A stretch of DNA of 63,696 nucleotides, filler included, from Reclinomonas americana ATCC 50394 (taxonomy: Eukaryota), in the NCBI GenBank assembly GCA_048213135.1. It is 4 parts of one record of this genome, joined end to end, with 100 filler letters (N's around TTAATTAATTAA, not from the genome) between each part and the next. Parts side by side here need not be neighbours in the genome. Positions count along the whole stretch, not along the records: positions 20,099 to 37,231 come from PS015013.1; positions 37,332 to 52,007 come from PS015013.1; 2 more parts are not named here. The stretch is one strand, 5' to 3'. The stretch's first letter is position 1. The number at the start of each line of letters is the position of its first letter. The translations under genes and the position numbers were made by a program. The notes beneath the pieces are model-generated. The model did no database searches. It was not told where the DNA came from and was given only the letters and a program-made list of their open reading frames with translations. This document shows, one piece after another, positions 34,901 through 47,510 of the stretch.

Positions 34901-35911
34901 ACCGGCCACGGTGCTCACCAGCTCCAGATCGGCCGACAGCTTGCGAATGACATGGTTGCGCGAGTCGGCCACAATGAAGCCGCCGTCCACGTCGGGTGTG
35001 ATGCTCGTGGGTCTCTGTGGGTACCGCGTGAGTCAGCAAAGGAGAACGCGAGTGTGGAATGCGTGTATGCGTGACGCACCCGGAAGAGTGAAGCCGCCGC
35101 CGGACCATTCGTGTAGCCCTCGACAGAGCCGGCGACCGTGGTCACACGGCCCTCGGCCACAGCAATGCGCCGAATGCGATGGTTGAACTCGTCGGCCACC
35201 AGCACCGCCCCATCTTGCGTCACACAAATATCGGAGGGCCCATCAAAGCGGGCCTCGGCCACCGATCCATCACGGAAGCCCTTCTTGCCCGAGCCAGCCA
35301 GCGTGCGCGCATCGGTGCCGTCTACGTGAGAGAAGATGAGCGCGAAAAAAGAACACAAAGTTGGAGAGGAGAGAGGAATGCGCACCAAGCTTGATCATGC
35401 GAATCCGATTGTGACCCGAGTCGCACACCAACACGTAGTCCTCGTACAAGCACATGCCCTTGGGCGCCAGCAGCACACCTCCATCCAGCAGTGTCTCCAC
35501 GCGGCCCTCATCGGGAAACACTCGTCGCAACGAGTTGCTGCGCGTCTCCGACACCACCAACGATCTGCAAACACACACACATGTGAGCAGCGCGCGCAGA
35601 GGAAGACAGAGAATGTGTGTGTGCGCGCACCCATCAGGCAGCTCGCAGAGGCGATTGATGCCTGAGAACTCGGCCGACGCAAAGTCCCCATCGCGCTCTC
35701 CAAAGCGACCGGAGCCGCACAGTGTGCGCACAAGGAACTCGCCTCGCCAGAAGGCATCCTTGGCGAACACAGACGCAGCCTCCGCGGAAGCTAAAGACAG
35801 AAAGATAAGAGAGAGAAGAGAGTGAGTGCATGACGTGTGCGCAAGAGTGTGTGCGTGGACGCAACGAGGGCTGTTGGTGAACATGCGCTTGCCAGTGGGC
35901 GTGCCTGACAT
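31971..35911 (-). CDS. NHL-repeat beta-propeller fused to p25alpha/TPPP-like and EF-hand-like helical domains
   Basis: About 6 NHL repeats (e.g. TLAGSGKKGFRDGSVAEARFDGPSDI; LVADEFNHRIRRI), a Ser/Pro linker, then LRCIFHHYS..GDRMN...FARLMRESGAVDNKSLSFGDVDLVF...RMNYQEFLTAIYMLA (p25alpha-like) and MNFDEFSMFARDFELFP...ITFYEFLELLGRIA. Confidence 0.8.
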
Positions 35912-36020
35912 GGTCTCTCCGCGCGCGCTCAAAGTCTCAAGTGTTTTCGTGTGGAGAGCTGCGTGCGTGAAATTTACACACAGTTTTCGTCTTTTGCGCG
36001 TGTTTTTGAGAGCTGATCGG

Positions 36021-37231
36021 ATGCTTCTTTTGCGACGTGCGTTCGGCCTGTTTGCCGCTGGAGTGTCGACAGTCACTGCTGGTGCGCGTGTGTGTGTCTC
36101 GTTGTTTGCGTCGGGCAACCACATTTGTGCTGATTTTACTTGTGCAGCCATCTGGGCATCAGAGGGCGAGGCTGTGCACACAGAGCCAGCAGTAACGCCA
36201 GCAGCAGCAGCAGCACCGCCGACGCCACAAGCAGTGGCGGCAGCACGCGCGCAGAGTTGCGTGTGTGTGTGTGTGTGAAAAGGAGAGAGTGTGCGATGAC
36301 ATCGCACAAACTTACTTTCTCACGCACTTTGCAGGTGCGGTGGTGAGCGATGGCAAGGCGCATGCGGCGTACGTGTGGATCCACTTGTCGCCGACGGCAG
36401 ATGTGCGCGAAGTCGCGCGTGTGGCCGCGCACATTCACAAGTTGGTCGATCATGTGGTCAGTTGTTGTTTGTTGTCCAGTCCGCATGTGTGCCACACACT
36501 CTCACACTTGTACAGTCACCGCCTGCGGATCGCGACGAGGAGAACGAGGTGTTGACGGCGGTCGGCTTTGGACCGCGCATGTGGTCGCGCATTGGAGGCA
36601 AGACGCATGTTGCGTCGGAGAAACTACCTCGTGTTGCATGATCGTGGCCACTCACTCTCTGTTGCTTCGTCCTCCAGGAGCCGTTTGAGTACAAGCGTCG
36701 TGATGGGCAGTTGGGATCGATGCCGGCCACGGGCGGCGATGTATTTGTGCACATCAAGTCGGACTCGTACGGACGCTGTTTCGATATGGTTTGTGTGTCC
36801 GACTTGCGTTGTCTCGCCGTCGCTTCGGGCTGACTCGCGTGTGCACGTGCAGGCGCGTCTGATCAAGGAGCACTTGGACCGACTGACTCCGGGCGCAGTT
36901 GCGGCGTTTGACGATCGCTACGGGTTTGTGTACAAGGAGGGCCGCGATCTCAGCGGCTTCATCGACGGTAACGCGCACTTTGTCTGCCTCTCTCTCTCTC
37001 CCTTCGTCTCTTGTGTGTTGATCGTGTGTGTGTGCGTGTAGGCACGGCAAATGTGACGGGCGATGAGGAGCGTCGCGCAGTGTGCTTGCTGCCGCACGGT
37101 GGCGCGTACGTGATGACGCAGCGATGGGTGCATCCGCTGCCGACGCTGCGCACGCAGAGCCGCGCGCACCAGGAGCAATGGGTCGGCCGCCACAAGGCCG
37201 ACTCGACACCGATTGAGCCGGCGCCAGTGGG
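36021..37231 (+). CDS. Dye-decolorizing (DyP-type) heme peroxidase with a presequence-like N-terminus; 3' end lost at linker gap
   Basis: AQSAVV...AVGFGPRMW...MPATGGDVFVHIKSD...GFVYKEGRDLSGFIDGTAN (the DyP GxxDG motif)...GGAYVMTQRWVH...QEQWVGRHKADS. Confidence 0.9.
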
Positions 37232-37331
37232 NNNNNNNNNNNNNNNNNNNNNNNNNNNNNNNNNNNNNNNNNNNNTTAATTAATTAANNNNNNNNNNNNN
37301 NNNNNNNNNNNNNNNNNNNNNNNNNNNNNNN

Positions 37332-39030
37332 CGGCGGTGGGTGGTGGCGGAGCTGGTGGCGGAGGTGGCGGAGGCAGCGGCAAGGGTGGATGTGCTGGTG
37401 CCGGCAGCAACGACGAGACAACCATCGACGTCACCGGAGCACCACTGTCCCCCCGAGAATCCCTTCCGCCATCACTGCTGCGATCACCACCACCACCACC
37501 ACCACCACCACGCAGAAGCGAGTTGTCACTGCCGGAGGAATGATGACGATGACGATGATGATGATGACGACGATGATCATAGTCATAGTCATCGTCGCCG
37601 TCCTCGGGCAGCGGTGAGCCCGGTGGCGTGACAATCATCGGCACAATCACAATCTCTGCACACACGCGCATGCAGAGGTGTGAGAAGAAGAAGAGTAGAG
37701 AGNNNNNNNNNNNNNNNNNNNNNNNNNNNCAAACAAGCACACACCTGATCGGTGAGCGTGGACCGGCGAGTCCGCGACTGGGACCGTAGCGGTGATAGAA
37801 GTGGCCGCGGCGGTGACGGCACGCGCACGCGCACCGGCCTGAGCCTTGTGAGCGGCAATCTGCCGCGCAACATCACGCGTAACCGCCGAGCGCAGGAAGC
37901 GCAGAGCTCGCTCGGCCGCTGTCGCACGGGTCACGCCAAAGAATGTGGCAATGTCACGCGGCATCTACGCGAGAAACATGAGGCACAATAACAATACGAG
38001 AATTCGAAGAAAGACTCACCGAGTGGCAGCCCCATTCCTCCGGCACAATGAATTTGGTCAACAACATGGGCACGCGGACGTACGACACGGTGCCGGCATG
38101 CATCGTCTCCACGTCGCTCACGACCAGGGCCTGTGGCTGCAACACGAACATGGCAAGCAAGGACAGCAGTCAACCTCTCACACACACGCAGCGTACATCA
38201 GCGTGAATGGCACGCACCAGAGCCTCCTTGCCAAACACAGATACGAGAAACGTGCGCAGCAAAGTCAGATGATCCAGCGTGTCGTCCGGAGCTGCGATTA
38301 TTCCAGTGTGTGTGGGCAAGTGTAGCGAGGAAAATGAAAGGAATGCGCTTGCAGACACGCACGTCGCAGCGGCTCCACCACGGCACGAATCGGCACTCGC
38401 GGACGCGACAAGCGCACGACAGCCTCGGCCACACTCGTAGCATCGGCCTCCGACTGACACCGCAACATACGGAATGCGAGCGGCAGCGTTTCCAGCAGTC
38501 GCACAGCACCAACTACACGTTGCGAGCGCAGTTCATCCTCAAGTCTCGCCAGCGACCAATCCTTCGGTACCCTCTCCGCCCACACCAGCCAGTCGTCAGG
38601 CGACAGCGAGCCCCTCAGTAAGCACTCAGGAACCGAGGTGCGACGTCTCTTGCGCTCGGGCGAGTCTGATTCTGTCCTTTTCACCTCAGGTGGAGAGGGC
38701 ATCGCCGGCGGAGGCGCCACCGCCTTTTGCTTCTTCGACGCCGGTGGTGGTGGCGGTGGCGGCGGCGGTATTGGTTTCGCGGCCGGCGGAGGCACAGACG
38801 GCGGCTGCTTCTTCTGCACAGCCGGCGCCGTGGCCGCCGCTCGCCGCAACGCCGCCGCCTCGCGCATCAGCTTGGAAGCCTCCCGCTGTGCCTCGGCCGC
38901 CTCGCGCTGCGCCTCAGCCGCCTTTCTCTTCGCCTCCTCCATCTGCCGCTCCAGCTCCCGCATTTTCCGCTCTTCCTCTGACAGTTCCTCCGCCAACGCA
39001 CTGCGCGCTCGCTTCTTCTTGTTCTTTGTC
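37332..39030 (-). CDS. Hypothetical protein with coiled coil and poly-Pro segments (partial; both ends in gaps)
   Basis: Long open frame KKKRARSALAEELSEEERKMRELERQMEEAKR...PPPPPPP...WLVWAERVPKDWSLARLEDEL, followed by GT-AG-joined exons. 5' exons may lie at 39591-39943. Confidence 0.55.
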
Positions 39031-40013
39031 GNNNNNNNNNNNNNNNNNNNNNNNNNNNNNNNNNNNNNNNNNNNNNNNNNNNNNNNNNNNNNNNNNNNNN
39101 NNNNNNNNNNNNNNNNNNNNNNNNNNNNNNNNNNNNNNNNNNNNNNNNNNNNNNNNNNNNNNNNNNNNNNNNNNNNNNNNNNNNNNNNNNNNNNNNNNNN
39201 NNNNNNNNNNNNNNNNNNNNNNNNNNNNNNNNNNNNNNNNNNNNNNNNNNNNNNNNNNNNNNNNNNNNNNNNNNNNNNNNNNNNNNNNNNNNNNNNNNNN
39301 NNNNNNNNNNNNNNNNNNNNNNNNNNNNNNNNNNNNNNNNNNNNNNNNNNNNNNNNNNNNNNNNNNNNNNNNNNNNNNNNNNNNNNNNNNNNNNNNNNNN
39401 NNNNNNNNNNNNNNNNNNNNNNNNNNNNNNNNNNNNNNNNNNNNNNNNNNNNNNNNNNNNNNNNNNNNNNNNNNNNNNNNNNNNNNNNNNNNNNNNNNNN
39501 NNNNNNNNNNNNNNNNNNNNNNNNNNNNNNNNNNNNNNNNNNNNNNNNNNNNNNNNNNNNNNNNNNNNNNNNNNNNNNNNNNNNNNNNNNCCTCCTCCTC
39601 CGCCGCCGCCACCACCACACTACCAACCGCGTGACGCACCGCCATCGAATCGACACGGGAGGTGGCCTACGCCCAGTGGCGCTCCGTTCCCACCGCCATC
39701 AGCACCACCGGCGGCAGATCACTCTCGCCGGCCTTATCTCTTGCCACCACCTCCACCAGCAGTTGTCGCCGCCAAGTACTCGTCGAGTCGGCAGGGATCC
39801 AGTGACTGGCGTTCGTCGTCTGGTGGCCACCGTAGTGGCCGGTAGCAGGAACAGTGTAGAACATCCCGTGACAACAGGAATTCGTTCGGGCGTCTGTGTG
39901 TGTGTGTTTTCCGTTTGCCACCACTACCGTATCGTGTCCACATCGCAATAATAGTGAGTTTCGTATATTATGTGGTGGACGGTACAAGGGAAACGCGAGT
40001 CTGTGTATCGTCG

Positions 40014-43000
40014 TCAGCCAAACTTGAGCAGTACCACTCCCTTGCCCTTCTTCTTGCGATCGGCCTTGCCGGCACTCGGTGGTGAGCCGGCATCAGCGCC
40101 CCAATCGTCGGACTCGTCACGTGCGGCAGACGGTCGGCCTACGGCACCCGTGCGCCACGATGATGATGATGATGATGAGCCAGAGGCAGGAGCGGGTGCC
40201 GGAAGCGCTGTTGGTGGTGGCGGCGTGGAGGGGGCTGGAGGGGTGGTCACCGGCTTGGCCGTCACGCGTTTAGTGTTACTGCGACCACTGCCACCGCCAA
40301 GCTCGGGAAAGTCCTCCTCGGTCGGGCCACGAGGACGCCAGGCGGCTGTTGTCTTCTTGCCTGGCCGCGCGGCGACAGAGGCGGTGGCGGCACCCGCAGC
40401 AGCAACGGCTGGCGCCACAGTGGCGACGGCCGACGAGGGTGCAGTGGTGCCAGACGGCACTGTGGTGAGCTCCGGGAACGCCTCGGCCAGCACCTGGGCC
40501 AGTCGATCTGGAGGAAGGTGCTGGTTCTCCTCCAACAGGGCCGCAAACTCCTCATCCGTGGTCGGCATCGTGTGCAGATAGCCGAATGCTTGATCACGCA
40601 GCAGGCGCTCGGCGCGATATCGCTCCTCGCGCTTGCGATCGCGTGCCGACGCCCGACGGCTCTCCAGCACAATCTGCTTGCGCCGCTGGACTCGGACGCG
40701 AATCTCTTCGAAGAACTCGGCCAGCACCTCCGGCCGCACCACCGACGTCATGTCGAGTTCGACGAAGCGAATGGTCGCCGCCGGCGGAATGTACAGCAGG
40801 TGCTTGTAACGCCGTNNNNNNNNNNNNNNNNNNNNNNNNNNNNNNNNNNNNNNNNNNNNNNNNNNNNNNNNNNNNNNNNNNNNNNNNNNNNNNNNNNNNN
40901 NNNNNNNNNNNNNNNNNNNNNNNNNNNNNNNNNNNNNNNNNNNNNNNNNNNNNNNNNNNNNNNNNNNNNNNNNNNNNNNNNNNNNNNNNNNNNNNNNNNN
41001 NNNNNNNNNNNNNNNNNNNNNNNNNNNNNNNNNNNNNNNNNNNNNNNNNNNNNNNNNNNNNNNNNNNNNNNNNNNNNNNNNNNNNNNNNNNNNNNNNNNN
41101 NNNNNNNNNNNNNNNNNNNNNNNNNNNNNNNNNNNNNNNNNNNNNNNNNNNNNNNNNNNNNNNNNNNNNNNNNNNNNNNNNNNNNNNCGTGCCTCATCGG
41201 TCTCCGGCACGACTTCCACCTCCAGGATCGGTGCCGACAGCGTCGGCGGGAAGGCGCGAACGCTGCCGAATTCACGCTGCAGCATGCGGAAGCAGAGCGG
41301 ATGCAGAAACGCCGACTGCCCATCCGAGGCTATGTGCGGCACGGCACACATACCGATGAGACGCGGACACTGTCACCTTCACCTCGAGAAAGAGAAACTC
41401 ACCCTGGTAAAAGAAGAAAAAGTCCTCGCTGACATCAGAGTGGTGCGGGAAGTCGTGATACGACTGTGATGGGTCAAATGAACGATCGTCATCGTCGTCG
41501 TCGTCGCCTTCGATGCCATTGCCACCACCATCACCGCCGGCTGGTGCGCGTGTCGATGTGGACGTGTCGACGGGTGCGCTGGCGCTGCGGCCAAACGCGG
41601 AAGCGCCGAGTGCAGGCTTGCTGCCGCGTGGTGGCGACGGAGTTTTCGGCAAGCGACGCTCCGACCAGGCCACTGCACGGTCCTGCAACTGCACTTGCGC
41701 CATCGTGATGAACTGGCGGTACATGTCGTCAGCACCGTCGGCCAGCGCGACCTACGAAAACGACGAAGCCAGTCAGCGTCCACTTTCCCCCCTCCTGTTG
41801 TTGCCCCCCACCAGTCGATGAGCAGCAGACCTCTTCGAGAGTGCGCAGCTGCGTCTGCTCTCGGTCCAAAATGTGCGAGATGCCGGCAATGCCGGTGGTG
41901 TACACCACACGACAGAAGCGTGCGTTATCGTCGAGGCACGAAAGCAGAGTCTCGCGGTAGGCACCCATCGGCGTCAGCGGTGGGATGGGCGTGGTGTTGC
42001 GTCGCACCACATTGCTGCCACGCAGGCGACGGCACAGCGCAAAGTGACCCACGTCGCCAGCACTCAGCAGCGACGCAGGCGTGATGGAGACGCTCTTCAA
42101 AGCGCGCGCCTGCACCATTTCGTACACGCACACTGGGCACTTGCGGAAGCCGTTGCAGGTGGCCTGCGCACGGGTCAGCACGGGAGGAGGAGGAGGAGGA
42201 GAGGAGGGAGAAGACCACACACGTGGTCGACGAAACATCGTGCTCGCACAGATACCGCAGAATGCAAGTCATGCAGAATACGTGGCCGCACTTGGTCATT
42301 TTCCTGCGCACGCGACAACCGTTGGCACTTCCCCACAATGGCATGGCATGCACGAGTGCTTCACGCAACGGGACAGTGCATTGCTCGAGGCAAATGGGGC
42401 ACTGGTGGTGCACCCACTCCGGATCAATGGTGCACACTTCCTCCACGTCCTCCCAGTGCACGCGCTGCTGGTTGTCGTGAATGTGTCTCGAGTAATCACC
42501 CGACGACACCACGAAACGGAAGCTGAAGACACACGCGAGGAGTGAGTGAGCACACACACGGCACACACACACACACAAGCTCGCCACTCAACTTGGCGAG
42601 AATGAACCGATCCCGTCGACCGGGGTCGGCGGCAGCACCGAGACGCGAGGTAAAGTACCGCCGTGCGGGTTGTCCGCCGCGACTGCCAGGCTGCAGAATG
42701 CGACCGGCGCGGGCCTGCGTGGTCGTGGCCGTGGTGAAGCTCAGCAAGTGATTGGCTGACCGAGTGACGCGCTTCATCGCCTGCATGGAGGCACACACGT
42801 GAGAGCATGCACTCGGGAGCGACGACGACGACGACGACAGAAAACGATACCTTCATGTCGCCGCTCTTGCCCGCGTGCAGATGCGAGAGATCGCTTTCCA
42901 GCAGATCCTCTGCATCATTGCTCTCTTCCCAATCGTCGTCGCACTCGGCCCAATGCGCAGCCGCCTGCACACATGCTTGTCAGCGGCGCAGAGAGAGAAG

Positions 43001-43272
43001 AGAGGAGAAGGAGAAGAGCGACGCACCGATTGCGCCAATCGCACCATGGTCTCCTCCTCGGTCTCTTCTTCTTCTTCTTCATCGCCATCGTCTTCTTCAA
43101 AATGCTCCACATCACCATCGCTGTCGATGGTGGCGTAGGGACTGGCGGCGGCATCGGCATGCGACGATGAGCTCACAGAGAGCGAGTGAGCAAACTCAGG
43201 CGGCGGCAGTGGGACGTTTGCGCCCTCCACCTCGTCCGTGATACTCGAAGCGGTGATCGCCCTGGATGACAT
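40014..43272 (-). CDS. RNF10: RING finger E3 ligase RNF10/Mag2
   Basis: SANHLLSF, RFILANFRFVV, VHWEDVEEV, CPICL...PKMTKCGHVFCMTCILRYL, RKCPVC, FFYQASDGQSAFLHPLCFRML, RRYKHLLYIP, EEDFPELGG and terminal KKKGKGVVLL. Confidence 0.9.
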
Positions 43273-43831
43273 GCGCTGCGCAGGAGCACGGAGTCAGGCA
43301 AACGCGCACACGCACAGAGAGAGACATGTCCCCGCGCAAGCAAACCTAAGTTGACGCGTTGTAGTTGCTGTTGTTGATGGTGTGATAGAGGCGAGGGTGC
43401 CGCAGCAGGCAGTGGTCGACTCTTCTTTCTGACGCGAAGAAGCGGAGTTGTTGTTGTTGTTGATGATGTTGTTGTTGTTGTTGTGCAGCAGCAGTTGCAG
43501 AAGTGTAGTTGTGGTTGTGGTTGACAGTCGATGTGTATGTGTGTTGTGTGGGGTGTGTTTCTCATGTGAGGCACTGTTGTTGATGTTGGTCTTGGAGGGA
43601 GGAAGGAGAGTGTGGGGGGGAAAAGGGGGTTTCTTGTGTGTGTGTTGCGTGTGTGAATGCAAGGTTTAGAACGACATGATTACGAGGGAACGACCAGGGA
43701 GACTAATGAGCGAGAGAGGGGGTGGATGTGCGATGAGCGGATTGTGTAAAAGAGGAGGGTGGAGTGGAGGAGGTGAGCGCGTGCGAGTCCCGATAAAGCT
43801 TCAGCGGGCGGAAATTTTGCAGTAAGCTTTT

Positions 43832-43843
43832 TTTGGCGCGAAA
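43832..43843. promoter_or_regulatory. Overlapping dyad E2F site TTTGGCGCGAAA just upstream of the CEP76 ATG
   Basis: Exact reverse complement of the classical TTTCGCGCCAAA E2F element; position next to a centriole-duplication gene. Confidence 0.45.
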
Positions 43844-43856
43844 ACTTACGCCAAGA

Positions 43857-46691
43857 ATGCTTCCCAACGCGCGGGTAAAGCAGCTGCGACAGGCGATCAG
43901 CGAGCTGCTGGACTCGCGAGGTACACGCTCACAATGCAACGAAGGAGATCGCTTCTTTCGCTCACTCTCACTCTCTTACAAAAGGTCTGTGGGATCCACT
44001 GCGCGATCTGATCGTGCGTCACGCGCCTGCGATTCTCGGCACACCGCCGCTCGCTGGTGCCGAGGCCGTCAGTGCATCGCCGTTGACTGAGAAGGGTGCG
44101 ATGTGAGTGGGGGCAAGCGATGAGGTGATCGGTCACTGATCACAAGACGCAGAGGTGTTGGAGCGAGTGATTGGATCGTTGCAGACCGAGACGCAGTGGT
44201 TGACGCGACAGTGGCCCAGTGATGTGTCGCGGCAGCCGGAGGACGCCGAAGTACATGCTGCTGCTGCTCGTTGCGTTGAGCGATTGATGCTTCGTCGTCG
44301 TATGTGTTCTCACGATCGTATGTGTGGGGCGACGCAGCGTACGTGGCGGCTCGAGCGGGCACTGCTGGCGTGCTGAGTGGCGGACCGCTGGCGCCCCCGC
44401 AGAGCCCCAATGCGTGGTACTTGCATTTCCGGCTGGAGGGCGGCTGTGCGTTTGTCGATCTGCTGGCGGCGCAGGGTGATTCGGGATCGACCACACCCGA
44501 TCAGTTTGTGCTCAGCGTGCAGTGCGGTGACACGGGCGAGCACACGATCGTGGAGGCGGTGCCGTTGGATGTGGAGCCGGCGTTCGCCGGGCACCTGGTG
44601 TTCCAAGTGCCCACGGTGGGACTGACGCCGCCGACGGCAGATGCGTTGATCCAGAGGCCACGCGAGTTGTACTTGGTGCTGTTGCGACGGTCGGGTCGCT
44701 CTGGTCGCCTCTCGTTTGCAGCGTGTGCGCGGTACGACTGGCGCAAGGTATGCCTGGCTAAGAGGGAGGTGACGAATCGGTGTTCGTGTGTTGAGCTGAA
44801 CGGCATGACATGCAGGTGGCGTGCGGTGGCTCGGTGCGAGTGGCGATTGAGTTGTCGCAGTCGTATGGTGTGATCAATGCACGACTGGAGGCGCTCCCTC
44901 AAGCGCTGCCGTCGTACATTTCAGCCGACGTGTTGCACCAAAAGGTGACGAGTGCTACGGCAAGAGGTTGGTTTGCTGGCACTGATTATTTTCTGTGCAT
45001 GCAGATGGTCGACGAGGCCGACGCCATGGCAGCAGTCGAGGCCGAGGTACGCGCCTACGCCGCGCAGTGGGTTCGCGAGTTTCGGCAGACGCGATCCGAG
45101 AATGCGGTTTGTGTTGCTTGCTACGTGGGTGATGATATTTGTTGAGACTGACACACGCGAGCGACAGTCGCGCTCCATGCGTTTCTTCGCCACCAACGAG
45201 GCCGGCGAACACCGACCACTGATCGCGTTTGTGAATCCACTGCAGGCCGATCGGTGCGCGACGAATGAATGTGTGTGCTGCCAGTCTCTCCTCTTGTCGC
45301 TGACCTCGTGATTTCTGCAGTATGCTGGACTCGCCGCAGCATGCGGCTCGCTTCGTGAGTCTCATTCCGTTTGAGCGTGAGGACGCAGCAGCGGGCGACG
45401 ACGGCAGTATGGATGTGTGGCACTCGCTGCAGACGTTCTTGTGTCGGAAGCGAGGTCAGTGTGTTCGCGTGCACAGTCCCACATCCGTCCGCGACATTCA
45501 CAGTGCGGTCGCAGGCGGCGTGGACTCGCATGCACTACTGTTGTGCTCGCTGCTGCTGGGGTTCGGGCTGGACGCCTACTGCTGTGTGGGCACCGTTGCT
45601 GGTGGGCGGCGGCACACTTGGGTGCTCACGCGCGCCAGCAACGGTCGCATCACCATGTGGGAGAGCCTGACGGGTGTGCGGTATCCGCTGGGCACGTCGC
45701 AGCACAATTTTGAGGATGTCTTTGTGCGTCATACCTTGCTTCCGCTCGTCACTACAGCGGCAGCGTGTTGACATTCGGTGTTCTGCGTGCAGACTTTGTT
45801 CAATCACGCGGTGATCTTGGCCAACATTCAGCCGCGCACTGTTGCGTACGCACACCATGTCCTTGCATTCATCCGTGTGACCGACGCTCGGGCACAGTTG
45901 GTGAGCGAGTTGGACTGGGACCTGTACAACGAGGCGGCATGGAAGCGCACAAATGCCGATCTAATGTCTCGTGTGCGCCACGAGCCACTGGTGCGACTGC
46001 GAGCGTCGACACTGGATGTGGCGCAAGAGGAGCGCGTGCTGGAGACGGAACTGCGCAAGTCGATCGGCGACTATCGCGATCAGGAGGGGGTTCGGATCCT
46101 TCATGAATCCCAGGAGTCGGTGCTGCGCTGCTGACATGCGTTGTGTGTTGTCTCGGCAGTTGTCGGTAGTGTGGGACGACAGCCTGTCATACATGCTGGC
46201 TCCGGCCCTGGTCAGCTACGAGGCCGAGCTGACCCTACAGCATCCCTCTGCCGCCCCGCTGCTCGGATCCGCCGACTTTGCCGAGGCGCTCACACACTCG
46301 GTGCCACAGCACCACGCGTTCAAGGTGCGGTGTGCGTGCAGCACAAACACAACCATCAAGAAGAAAGAAAGCGCTCACCCGCATGCACACAGGGCTACCC
46401 AACCGTCTCGCAACACCGTTCTGCCGCACGCATCCTCGCCTCCATGCTGAAGAACGACGCATGCAGCGCCATCCTCAACACCACGGGCGACACAGTGCGC
46501 TTTGCGCTGCGCTGCAAAGTCTTCCCCTATCCCGACGACACGTTGCGTCTGTCGAACAGGTCCACGCAGTCTCCTCCCTCTCGCCTCACCGAGAGACACG
46601 CCCGCACTACAGAGTGGCCGTATGGACCATGCTGGCCGTGCGCTACCAAACACACTCCACGAGCGCCGCAGGAGGCAGCAAGAGCATGTAA
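43857..46691 (+). CDS. CEP76: Centrosomal protein CEP76
   Basis: VKQLRQAISELL; YLHFRLEGGCAFV (C2 domain); YDWRK; LDSPQHAARFVSLIPFER; DSHALLLCSLLLGFGLDAYCCVGT; HTWVLT; WESLTGVRY; VRFALRCKVFPYPDDTVAVW. Confidence 0.92.
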
Positions 46692-46766
46692 AAAAACACC
46701 AGATCATGTCTTCCAACGAGGCGTCACATTCACAATTCTCTCGCCACACTCACACGCGTACATGCA

Positions 46767-47349
46767 TCAATGTACGACAGGCTTCAGCGGCTCCACCACC
46801 ATCTCATCCCAGTTGATCTGCGAGTCCAGCGCCTCATCGACCTCGCCAATCAATGCACTGTGCATGCAAGCAGTGAGCACGCGCGCGCGCGCGCGCGAGA
46901 ATGCAAACAACACACACGAAACATGTTGTCTCCACGAATGATAAATAGGCCGAGCACTTCTTGCTCTGTTGGTGCGTTGGCTGCACGGAGAGAGTGTGTG
47001 TGTGTGTGTGAGAGAGAGAGAGACGCATTGCATGTGGACGAGACAACACACACCATTGTGCACACGCTCAATCGAGTTCTCCAGAATGACATTGATGGCC
47101 TGATCAAAGCCCTTCAGGTGGCCCTGACGCGCATTAGCAACACACACACAGTGAGCACACAAGAGAGAGAAAGAGAGAGACTGGAGTGAGGAAGACGAAA
47201 CCACAATGTGTCGTCCATCATTGGTGATCAGCGTCACCGTGCCTGTGAGAGTGTGTGAGAGGGAAGTGAGCGGCATGCAAGACAGAGGCAAAGAGCACAA
47301 CAGAGAGAGTGGCGAAACGATCAAGTAGTGTCTCCAACCCGTCGGCCAT
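46767..47349 (-). CDS. LSM8: U6 snRNA-associated Sm-like protein LSm8
   Basis: Five exons: MADGLETLLDRTVTLITNDGRHIVGHLKGFDQAINVILENSIERV...EQEVLGLFIIRGDNIALIGEVDEALDSQINWDEMVVEPLKPVVH*. Confidence 0.95.
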
Positions 47350-47510
47350 TGCACAAGTGAACGAAGGACGATCGTCCTGTGCCTTCCTCGTGCGTGCGTG
47401 GTGAGCGAGCGACGAGTGTGCGCTGTGTGCACGTGTGCATACAGTGTGTAACAGTTGTGTGTCTTACGCGCACAGGTCTCTCTCTCTCTCTCCTCTCTTC
47501 GCCTTTTGTC

